A stretch of 64,000 nt of DNA. Source: Caecitellus pseudoparvulus (taxonomy: Eukaryota; Protista; Bigyra: Bicosoecida). This document shows positions 11,801 through 20,597 of this stretch, piece after piece; positions within the stretch are counted from its first letter, which is position 1; the number at the start of each line of letters is the position of its first letter. The translations under genes and the position numbers were made by a program. Location: NCBI GenBank assembly GCA_965644315.1, contig CBFFRQ010000081.1, positions 62,001 through 126,000 of the forward strand. Direction: 5' to 3'. The notes below the pieces were generated by a model, which worked only from the letters and a program-made list of their open reading frames with translations, ran no database searches and had not been told where the DNA came from.

Positions 11801-13288
11801 TTCTTCAGTGACGACGACGAGGGGGAGGAGGTCGTCATTGGCAGCATGCGCTTCCATGAGCGGGACGTCATCGCCGTGGGCAGCGGCGGCACGGAGGTGT
11901 TCCGGGGCCGCTGCGGGCGCCGCCCCGCCGCCATCAAGCGCATGCCCCGGCGCCAACACAAGCTGCGCGAGGGGGAAATCGCCACCATGCTGGACCTGGA
12001 CGACACCGATGCCCATGCTGCCTACGCTCGGCATGTTGTCCGGTACTACGACGACGCGCGGGACCGGCATTTCCTGTACTTGGCCATGGAGCTGTGCGAC
12101 TGCACTCTGGAAACAGCCGTGTGCACTGCCCGGTCGCCCCCTGCACACAGTCCAGCCACAGCCACTGCAAGCGACGGCGCAGCATCCCCCGATGACGACA
12201 TTGCCTCCAGCCAAGGCCCCAGCCAGGCGCCGGGGGGGGCAGGCGCTTGGCAGTCCGTGCAGGCTGTGAAGGCACACCCCATCGAGGTGTGTCGGCAGGT
12301 CGTGGCTGGCGTCGCGCACTTGCACACCCACGGCGTGGCGCACCGGGACATCAAGCCCAACAACATCCTCCTGAAGCGCGGTGTCGCCAAGCTCTGCGAC
12401 TTTGGCCTCGCCCGCAGCGCTGCCGCGGAACGGTCCCGACACACTGCCACCACCGCCGGCGGCACGCCTGGCTGGCAGCCCCGGGAAGTGGTGGCCGCTC
12501 GCATGAAGGGGAGAGCTGTCACGGGGGGCGTGCGCGCTGATTTGTTCGGCGTGGGGTGCGTGCTGTTCTTCATTCTGAGCGGCGGCGCACACCCGTTCGG
12601 CGAGGCGGTGCTGCGGGAAGGGCACATTCTCAAGGACCACTTCTCACCCTTCCGCGCTCTGAATGCCTCCTCCGGCACACAGGACATTCGCCTCGTCTCC
12701 CATGACGCCGCCTGCCACCTCATCCGGCAGCTGCTGCACCCGCAACCTGACAGGCGCATGCCCATGGTGCAGGCACTGGCACACCCTCTGTTCTGGGACG
12801 CAGCCTCCTCCATCGCCTTCACCGCGCACTTCTCTGACATTGCCAAGCGCCTGTACGGCGTCCTGCCTGACCCCGCTGTCAGTCCCGCCCTGCAGGCCCT
12901 GGAAGCCACCTACACTCGCATGGAAGGGGCTGAGGCTGACTGGGCTGCCAAGCTGGCGGCAGTGGATGCGGCAGCGGGCCGGACATGGCCTGCCGCGGGC
13001 GGAGGCAGTGGAGGGGGGGAGGAGGAGTGGAAGTCCCCCCTGGGATACCTGCGCATGTTCAAGCGGCGCAAGGCGCACTGCCTGGGGCTTGTGCGTGCTG
13101 TGCGGAACATTGCATTCAGCCACGCCGTTGCGTACGTGCACGCAGGCACCTTCAGCAGCGTCAAGGACGCGCACGAGTACTGGCTGGCGGCCTTTCCTTG
13201 GTTGCCTGTCACTCTGTACGAAATCGTGGTCAGCGGCGTGGACCACCGCCTCTCCGAAGAGCTGCGAGCGCTGCTTCCCACTGCCTAG
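8867..13288 (+). CDS. Ankyrin-repeat + IRE1-type Ser/Thr kinase + KEN (RNase) domain protein, RNase L/IRE1-like; start uncertain (8867 or 9212)
   Basis: Ankyrin-like units: ALHYVARNGNVRLLQCL, SLYIAAQQRHAGFVRHAL, NAFHSACSVGHRGAAQALL, HPLWLALG..FLRWLL. Kinase: IAVGSGGTEVFRG, AAIKR, FLYLAMELC, HRDIKPNNILL, DFG, GTPGW, DLFGVGCVLFFILSGGAHPFG. KEN: HPLFWD..DWAAKL..GLVRAVRNIAFSH..YWLAAFPWLPVTLY. Confidence 0.85.
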   Translation: MSGVAASTSAPASLRTMKATKPHSECADQAISACSASHTWPPAPTPRAQHSPSQLVSISPNVSVSSNLAQLSLPPGTAPDAGSEGPPGSSTGSPASAPRAGTSAPKPRVVQGSRRMTRTSSLVSSTSAGRSRAGAFSEAGSEAEGGSDGAGGDLMIALRSGKVHAALELLESDPSCLNARGASPLNDVLPLLLHSLAEQYDTFGITGSEAVFFTFFRRLWQFMTPHEQTNNRTLATFFYAACKFNQLDFVAWVLPIIAARTTLSIERLIVDRLYSYNRLRHCALHYVARNGNVRLLQCLSSFVAHPLLQEASLLMQFPPGQEGMELSSLYIAAQQRHAGFVRHALAPHLEAQGGGGEGGASPFTPALRQLVLCLMVHGLIALDDTATAAWMVGEALPGLDPLIFALPMAFSGPMSLPVSLEAKAQAKLSAASAGRTSRPPNAPNCLGLHLCVYRMPPSTHQAASVPSAAAAVGIQGVGGPKETAVERVKAFAAAMSANPASSSDEEGRGRALTSHLVNAAAATTPSAPQPALRLFTWLLERFPWLASVPFAIAVGEGGAQHIEWRNAFHSACSVGHRGAAQALLAADRTLLHTYTTSGGSDSADGSSASHRGSVVENHPLWLALGQARMTGQYDFLRWLLQHYPPLVIEREIYSQCEGLYAVVPDFVKALCKATGLRLRKFMPPGAARPSDSSSIPLDRSVSSAGSTDGGSGLTAEQAETLRAAAEASLLADLAAEEAASVASGASASTGKSKGSRRRRRRARKGSHSTPGGAPRSRAGSAPDTLQPPTPAGSDGEAEAPSFWRGAGEHAGTLYVVGRATGVVPAEATQDDWLDFTPVTSAARRSARSHAAAAAGQVRRRRGSGSAPRNPVPVRPPHRAGAGVTEVPPAAQRPPHSSLEPTAQAVHKPPPQREGVKQAPPPSPQPAPAPVVAEVPPPPAPAAAVGAGSTPPAPLPQPREEHSAGGGSGLSVSEMAEEHFFSDDDEGEEVVIGSMRFHERDVIAVGSGGTEVFRGRCGRRPAAIKRMPRRQHKLREGEIATMLDLDDTDAHAAYARHVVRYYDDARDRHFLYLAMELCDCTLETAVCTARSPPAHSPATATASDGAASPDDDIASSQGPSQAPGGAGAWQSVQAVKAHPIEVCRQVVAGVAHLHTHGVAHRDIKPNNILLKRGVAKLCDFGLARSAAAERSRHTATTAGGTPGWQPREVVAARMKGRAVTGGVRADLFGVGCVLFFILSGGAHPFGEAVLREGHILKDHFSPFRALNASSGTQDIRLVSHDAACHLIRQLLHPQPDRRMPMVQALAHPLFWDAASSIAFTAHFSDIAKRLYGVLPDPAVSPALQALEATYTRMEGAEADWAAKLAAVDAAAGRTWPAAGGGSGGGEEEWKSPLGYLRMFKRRKAHCLGLVRAVRNIAFSHAVAYVHAGTFSSVKDAHEYWLAAFPWLPVTLYEIVVSGVDHRLSEELRALLPTA

Positions 13289-13316
13289 ACGCCGCCAGCC
13301 CGGCACTGGCAGCCAC

Positions 13317-14501
13317 CTACTCCGACGGCGGCGTGTCGCCTGAGGGTGGAGCGCCACCCCCACCGCCCATCATGCTGGCCATTTGTGCCAGGGCAGCGGG
13401 GTCCATCCCGCCCCCGTTCCCGCCGCCGCCGCCCATCATGCCGCCCATCATGCTGGCCATCTGCTGCATGGCGGCAGGGTTGCTCATCAAGTTCTGCGCC
13501 ATCTGCTGGAACTGCGGGCTCTGCATCATCTGGCCCACAGCAGGGTTGCTCAGCAATGCACCCAAGTCAGGCATGCCGCCCGCCCCCATACCAGGGAAGC
13601 CTGCCGGCATGCCGCCGCCCATGCCGCCGGGAGCTACCGGTGGCGGCGTCGGTGGCGCGACCTGCTGCAGCTTGGAGGCGGCAGACTCCTTGCCCTGCAG
13701 CGCCGCAGCGTTGGAAGGCTCCAGCTCCAGCGCCGCCTCAAACGCCTGCACTGCACCCTCGTACTGGCCCAGGTGGAAGCGTGCCGTGCCCAGACGGTTG
13801 TGAGCCTTCACGTACTGCGGGCTCAGCGCAATGGCAGCGTCGGCGTCAGCGGCAGCCTTGGAGTACTCGTGCAGCGTCAAGTGGGCAGCAGCGCGGTTGC
13901 ACAGGTACGTGTGGGCGCTGGCCCCCTGGGGTGCCAGCTCCAGCGCCTTGGTGTAGCAGGCGATAGCGTCCTGTGTGCGGCCTTCTTGCAGGGCGGCGTT
14001 GCCCTCAGCTTTGGCTTTCTCAGCTGCCTCCTCGTCTTGCACCGTGGGCTGGGGCGCCTTGCCGGTCTCGCCACTTGCCATGCGCTGGCGAAATCGGTCC
14101 AGAGCTGCCTTGAACTTCCCGACGTACTCTGCGAGCAAGCAAGTGAGGCAAGTGAGGGCATGACATGCGCAGAAAGCCACCACGAGTCGAACGTGCGCAC
14201 CTGGCGATGCAGCAGCAGCCTCCCCGAAGTAGCCACGGCCCCGAAGGCTGGTAATGTACTTCTCGAATAGCTCCGGCTTTGCCACTCCGTCTCCACGGCC
14301 CGCTTCGAAAGCCTCGTTCAGAGGAGCATGGGTGGCAGCAGTGTCAAAATCCGCATCCGTCAAGGACACAGCTCCAGCCAGCGCATCAGCCAGCGCCACT
14401 GCCTCCGTCCCTGCGTCAGGCCCCACCGCATGCAGATACTGCACAATGGATGCAATCAGAGTCTTGTCCACCGCAGGTCCAGTGGAGCCTGCAGAAGCCA
14501 T
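13317..14501 (-). CDS. SGTA: SGTA/Sgt2-like TPR co-chaperone; intron at 14129-14200
   Basis: N-terminal dimerisation motif (DKTLIASIVQYL), three TPRs (AEKAKAEGNAALQEG..YLCNRAAAHL..YVKAHNRLGTA), Met/Gly-rich STI1-like tail (LLSNPAVGQMMQSPQFQQMAQNLMSNP). Confidence 0.85.
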   Translation of the reverse strand: MASAGSTGPAVDKTLIASIVQYLHAVGPDAGTEAVALADALAGAVSLTDADFDTAATHAPLNEAFEAGRGDGVAKPELFEKYITSLRGRGYFGEAAAASPGAHVRLVVAFCACHALTCLTCLLAEYVGKFKAALDRFRQRMASGETGKAPQPTVQDEEAAEKAKAEGNAALQEGRTQDAIACYTKALELAPQGASAHTYLCNRAAAHLTLHEYSKAAADADAAIALSPQYVKAHNRLGTARFHLGQYEGAVQAFEAALELEPSNAAALQGKESAASKLQQVAPPTPPPVAPGGMGGGMPAGFPGMGAGGMPDLGALLSNPAVGQMMQSPQFQQMAQNLMSNPAAMQQMASMMGGMMGGGGGNGGGMDPAALAQMASMMGGGGGAPPSGDTPPSE

Positions 14502-14981
14502 GGCACACGGGGAGATCCTGGAGTACCGCAACAGGTGGCCCGCACAAACAGGGTAGCTGCAGCGCTTCCTGCTGAAGGAGAGGGATTGGGGTGCAGTTGA
14601 TACGCTGGGAGCTAGACATGGGCGTCCGTGGGAAAGTGATAAGCACGCATGTCTGCTAATCTAGCGACTCTGATTGATAACAACAACGGCGCTTTTACTG
14701 AGTGTTTAGGTCGCTATTGACTAGAGTTTCAGCCTTTCGCAAAGCAAACAGGTGCATTACGTTGTCAATTTACGCGGAAGAAGGTTAATGACACAGTTCC
14801 CGGGTAGGAACGAAGACTGTGGGAGCGATACTCCAACGGGTCTGCAGTGTGACGGCGTCAAGCTGCTCTCCACGGTCTGCCGTGCATGGGACGCATAGGC
14901 CAAGGCAACTCTCCGCCCCTGCCAGATCCAAGCAAGGAAAACCCCTTCCACTGTCGAGGGACCGTGCAGTGGGCTGTGCCT

Positions 14982-15868
14982 TCATTCCGACAGCGGATAG
15001 CGGGGCGAGTCTTTCGGATGCAGGGGGGGTTTGGCGACGTGCACCTTGCTCTTGGGGACCAGGCGCAGGGTGGCGCGCTGTTCGTGGAACACTCTGCTCC
15101 ACGGCGCGGGCGTCTCCCACCGACCGGCCCTGCAAGCGGACAGCAGTGCACTCTGCGGCGCCACCTCGTACGACCCTCGGCGCCAGCACGCACCCAGGAT
15201 TCCACCATGCCTGCACTTTTTCTTCACGGGCGTCGTCCGAGGCCTGGTTGCCTGGGGCTGTGAGTGCCTGGACCAGCTGCGGAGCTCAGAGGGGAGAGGT
15301 GGGCTGGGAGTGGAGGCAGCACGCGCGCCGGCACGTACCAGTGCAAGCACAGGGATGGCGAGCATGAGTGACCAGGAGTGGATGTTGTACCAGGTCTGCC
15401 GGGTGGCGCGTGCATCTGTGTCGAACGGCGGCGAAGCGTCGGAATCGTGCGAAGTATGCAAACGTGACGTCAGGTGGCAAGGCACAACTCACAGCCTTGT
15501 CGGTGTCGAGTGAACCGCGCAGCTCGGGCATTCAAGTCCGCCACGTTGTATGTGCTGGCTTGAGGCATGCGACTATGCAATGCAGCCTTCGGGCCACGAC
15601 TGCTCAACTGCTCGTAGGCTTCCTGCACGGCCTGGAACTGTCTGGCGGCAGCTGGGGTTGGGTTCACGTCAGGGTGGAGCTTCTTGACTTTTGCCCGGTA
15701 AGCCGCCTTAATGTCCTTCTCGCTGGCATCAGCGGGCACGCCGAGCAGTGCATGGGGGTCCCTTGAAGCTGCACAAGCTCGCAGGAAGCGGACGGGCTGC
15801 GCTGCGGGGGGGTGCGCGAGGCTTCGCAGTGCTCCCCGAAACGCGAGCGAAACACTCAGGCAGGCCAT
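14982..15868 (-). CDS. J-domain (DnaJ) protein, probably mitochondrial, with one TM segment; 4 exons
   Basis: Transit-peptide-like MACLSVSLAFRGALRSL; J-domain DPHALLGVPADASEKDIKAAYRAKVKKLHPDVN. Three GT-AG introns give an open frame ending ..SLMLAIPVLALLVQAL..VQAWWNPGAGRWETPAPW..LSE*. Confidence 0.8.
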
Positions 15869-15968
15869 GGGCAGGCACAACGCTGTGCTTCGAGACAGCT
15901 GCAATGTTGCTTTCAATGCATTCCACAGGCATCTGCTGCAACCTTCCCTGCCTGCCTGTGGGGGCCAT

Positions 15969-17492
15969 TTACAATTTGGCGTCGTGCAGAGGCTGCGGAG
16001 GCTGAATGCGAACTCCCTGCGCAACAACGATGTCATGCAAGGCTGCCATGATGGCCTTCAGCTGTGCGTCCGACGTCTCGGCGGTGATGGGCAGGTATAC
16101 CAGGCCCGTCATGATGGCCTCCGCGACAACAGGCCAGTTCGCCTTGAAGTGCGGCGTCAGGTTGCTCGCAGCTGTGTACCTGCACACTGGGCCCAGTTGC
16201 GACGTGCCCTGCGTGACGTCGAAGCCCTTGAGCAGCATGGCCTTGCAGACCTCTGCAGGCTTCGGGACTAGGACAGGGAATAGCCAGAATGCGTGGTGGG
16301 TGGCTTTTGTGCCTGGCACCAGTGCTGTGCCGTGGGGGAACTTGGCCAACTCAGCAACAGCTGCCCACCCAGCTGCGACGCGTGCATGCAGGTAGTCGGT
16401 GGGAAACGCCTCCAGGCGTCGTAGGAGGAGGTGAAGGAGTGGAGTGGAGGGCGCGTAGCGGATGAGGTTGATGAGTTGAGGGCCAGGGAAGCCCCGGATG
16501 GCCCCCGTCACCAACTCATCCCAGGAGTGCCCCGTACCCTCCACCGCCTTGACCAGGGCGCCATACACGGCAGGGGTGGTGATGCTGTGCATGGCGCCAT
16601 ATCGGGCAAGACGGCCAGCCAGCACGGAGCGTGGCCGGAGCGGGTACCCCTCGTGCAGCTTGTGCAGCTGGCTGTGCAGGGTGGCGTCCTTGATGCTGGC
16701 GATGCAGGCGCCGAAGGCTGTGCTGGTTTTGATCGTGCCGAAGCTGAACAGGGTCAAGTCTGCGTCGGGGTGCCCCGTGTACCCCACAGGCAAGGTTGAC
16801 TGCTGGGTGTGGCCCACTGCAGCTGCCGGAGGGCCCATGAAGCACTCGGCACAGTCCTCAACCACCACAAGCCCATGCTTAGCGGCGACGCGGCAGACCT
16901 CTGTCATGTCATTCAGCACACCAAAGACATGGGCAATGACGATCATACGGGTGGAGGGGGTGATGGCAGCTTCCAAGGCTGCCGCTGTCACGCCGACCGT
17001 GTCGAAGGTGACGTCCACTGCGACAGGCTTGCAGCCATGGTGCTGGGCGATCTTCACCATGTCCTTGATGGTGATGCCGCTCATGAGCACCTCAGAGCCC
17101 ATGGGCAAGCGAAGCACCCGGAAGAGCAGGTCGAATGTGGTCCTGGGGAAGGCGCAGGGGCGGCTGCATGTCGGCGTCGGCATCACAGAAAGACCAGCCC
17201 ACCGCCACTCACCTCACGCTGAGGGTAACCAAGGAGTGCTTGCGCCCCCAAGCTGCCTGAATTGCGGTCGTGACATCCTCTCGGCCAGCATCACTGCACG
17301 TCAGGCACTTGCTCAGGCCAAAGGCGATGTCCGAGAAGTCTGCAAGCCAGGCGGGGCAACATGTTGCAGGGCTGGGGCAGGTGCCCAATTTCCGCACGCA
17401 CCCGTCTCCAGTCGTTTGCGAGGCACGATGCCCCATGGAGCAGCCTCTGACACTGCCTCGAAGCTGCCATACGGCTTCATGTACGCTGCCAT
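15969..17492 (-). CDS. DegT/DnrJ/EryC1/StrS-family PLP-dependent aminotransferase; 3 exons
   Basis: AAITPSTRMIVIAHVFG, GLVVVEDCAE, and ADLTLFSFGTIKTSTAFG (PLP lysine). The spliced N-terminus is MAAYMKPYG..PRKRLETDFSDI..LVTLSVRTTFDLL. Confidence 0.85.
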
Positions 17493-17758
17493 GCTGGACT
17501 AGCCACTACCGCTGAGCACACGGCGCCCCTTCGCAGCCTGCGCGGGCAAGGTCACAAAAGTCTGAGATGCGGCAGTGGCTGGTGCTGTCTGTGTTGGCAC
17601 AGGTGGCTGCTTGACGGGACGAGGACAGAGGGAGCAGTGAGCAATGCTGGGAAACCCAAAACGTTTTGCCACACCGTCTCTGCGTGCTCAGCAAGCCATT
17701 GCCTTTTGCCCTGCCTCGCTGCCACGCTCACCACCCATCGTTCGGCGGCAAGCCCATC

Positions 17759-20471
17759 ATGGCTGCAGTCGGGGACGCTGGCGGCAGCACAGTCCTCAGC
17801 ATGCTGCAGCAGCGCCAAGGCTCGACAGGGCCTGCTCCAGCAGAGAGCCAGGCTGGCCGTCCGGGGACTGGCGCCCCCGCCCTTGCCCAGGCTCAATCGC
17901 ACTTGCACATGCAAGGGTGGGTGGGCAGCACGCATCATTTTCCGCATATCACCATGCATGTGCCTCCCTTCCCATTGCCTGTGCAGCCACGCGCCAAGCC
18001 AGGTAGTCTCTGGACAACGAACAGACTTGAGCTGCTTTGACGTGCATGGCGCGCCGCACATCTCCCAGCGAACGCTCATCGAGTTTCCCTTCAAGACGGT
18101 GGCCTCAGCACGCAGAGTGGTTGCGCGAAGCGCCCACTTCACGTACAGCCACCTGAAGCCACACCAGCTGCGCATCCTGGACAACGCCAGCTCCAGTCGG
18201 GGCCTCTGGACCATGCCGGGGGCTTCCCTGCTGGACATGGAAGTGGCGCCTCAGACCGTGTCTACGTCCCTGGCTGGCAGTCCAGCGTCAGACGCCACGG
18301 CGCTGCTGACGGACAAAGGGCTGGTGGTGCTGGCAGTGTCCCCGCCCCACCCCAACAGCGACGGGAAGGTGGCAACGGAGGAGCTTTTCCAGCTGGAAGT
18401 CCCCGGCGCCACAGGCGTCGCGTGGCACCCCACCCTCCCCATCCTCTTTGCTGTGACGCCCGGTGCTTTGTACGCGGTGCACTTGGGGGCAGTGCGGCGT
18501 GCTGCTCGCCAGCGCCCAGGCCCCTCCCGCACTGGGTGTGTGGGGTTGGACGTCAGGAAAACCCACCCATCCCACGGCTTGTGTGTGGCCACCCCCCCGC
18601 CCTTCCAAGGGGTGCAGCTGCATGCGCTGGCTGTGGTGCAGGTTGGTGCGAGTGTGTGGGTGGCCCTGTCCACTCAGGATGGCGGCGGCTTTGTCGGGCA
18701 ATGGAACGCCCAGGCGGGTGGCCCTGGTGGCTTCCAGCTCTACGCCAGTCTCCAAGCCCCTGGAGGCCGGCAGCCTGCCAGCAGTGTCGGCGTGCTGAGC
18801 GCTGGCAGCGGCGAGGAAGTGTGTGTGGTGCTGGGGGGAGCAGGGGGCGGCATGTGGCGCACGTACACAGTGCCTGTCTCTCAGCCGACATCCAGTCGCC
18901 CCCCCCTGCTGCCCCCCACGCAACTCATCGCCATCGCAGAGTACAGCGGCCACGTCCACGGCGTGCCAGCCGCATCCTTCGTGTGCACGCCAGCAGGCTG
19001 CCTCGTGCAGTGCTTCGGAGACGGCCACGTCGTGGTGCTGCAGCTGGCTAGCAACGCCGCATCACTTGCCCGCGCGTACTTCTACCGACTAGCGCGCACC
19101 TCGACGCTCTCTGTGGCGTTGCCAGCCCCCGGCGCCGGCGCTGTGGATATTACCCCAGACGGCGCCACGCACTTGCAGGCACTGGCCATGCTGCAGGACG
19201 GGCTGGTGCAACTGGCATTCTCGGTGCCCGAAGCTTGCGCTGTGTCCCCCCCCCCTCCATCCACTTCAGCCGTTCCTGCCCCAACGCAGCCACAGGACAC
19301 AAGCCTCCCCGACGGCTCGCCTGCACCGAGCGAGCACGTTTCCCCGCCAACAAGCACACCCAACACACCACAGCCTGCAGGGGCATTGACCCCTGGGCAA
19401 GTTGCAGCAGCTGTGCAGCACACAGTGCAGCCCATGCTGGCTCACGCCGTGCACGCGCAGCGCGTGGAGCACGCCAGCGCCCTGCAGGCAGCTCTGGCCG
19501 ACCACACAGCCCGCCTGCGCTCTGCAGTGCAGGAGCAGCTCACCACGACGCTGCAGCCTGTGCAGGCCACTCTCGAGGCACTGCAGAGCCAGGTGACCGA
19601 GCTGCAAGCTGCTGTACGCGGTATGCAGGAGAGCCAGCGTGCTACTCAGGCCGAGCAAGTTGCGGTTCTGCGTGGTTTGGTGGCAGAGGAGGTGTCCGGC
19701 GCCGTCACCGCTGCTGTCCCGTCCATCACAACCGCGGTGGGGGGGGATGTCGTGCGACAGGTGACCAGCGCCGTCCAAGACACAGTGAGCCGGTGCGTAG
19801 CGGAGTCCATGGACCGACTGGTTGACGCATGCACCATGGCTGTCTCGTCTGCCGCATCCAGACCGCCTGCCTGGCACACGGAAGCGCTGCCGGACCAGAG
19901 GCAGGGCGCCGCGCAGCCCCCCCTCCCTCCGGCACCGCAGCCAAGCACCGGGCACATGTTCTCCGCAAGCACAGATCAGCCCTTGGCACACACGCCGCCG
20001 CCTATTGCCATGCCCCCAGGCCTGCCTGCCCCTGCCGAAGCTGACCTGGTGCGCCAGCTCAAACAGCTCACAGCCACGGCCAAGGTGAACCCGGGCAGCT
20101 TTGAGACTGCGTTTGTGAAGGCCCTGGAGAGCCCTGACCCCACCACTGTGGACTGGTTCTGTGTCTACGTCGCATCGGTGGGCCACGCACCAGCATCGGT
20201 CACAGCACACCTGTCTCCAGCTGTCCAGCTGTGCCTCGTGCAGCAGCTCAGCTTCAACCTCAGCGTGCCCCTCCCTGACATTGCGCAGCACCTGCTGCCG
20301 TGGATTGTAGCGGCCAAGCTTGCCTTGGACCACTGCACCAGCCTGCCTCAGCATGTGCACGCTTCCAGGCAGGACGTCTTCGCAAGCCTTGCCCAGCGCG
20401 TGGCTTCCCTGCTCACCTCCGGCGTCGCCCTGACGCCCCATGTGAGGCAGTCACTGCACAGCCTGCAGTAA
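17759..20471 (+). CDS. EDC4: EDC4/Ge-1/VARICOSE-like enhancer of mRNA decapping; intron at 17917-17986
   Basis: Divergent WD-like N-terminus (RRVVARSAHFTYSHLKPHQLRILD), central coiled coil, and C-terminal FETAFVKALESPDPTTVDWFC..LSPAVQLCLVQQLSFNL..LLPWI resembling the EDC4 C-terminal domain. Confidence 0.7.
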
Positions 20472-20581
20472 ATTCACCAACACATCCAATGCATAGTGGC
20501 AACCAAGGCATGCTCCTGTCAAACCCCTCTTAGGCATTTGCACCTTAGAGCCCCGCTTGCGCGGAGCGTTGAGCCTTGCCT

Positions 20582-20590
20582 TGCGGAAAT
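20582..20590 (-). promoter_or_regulatory. ATTTCCGCA motif (as TGCGGAAAT) 7 nt upstream of the TPC ATG
   Basis: Exact copy of the recurrent motif. Confidence 0.55.
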
Positions 20591-20597
20591 TGAGTGC

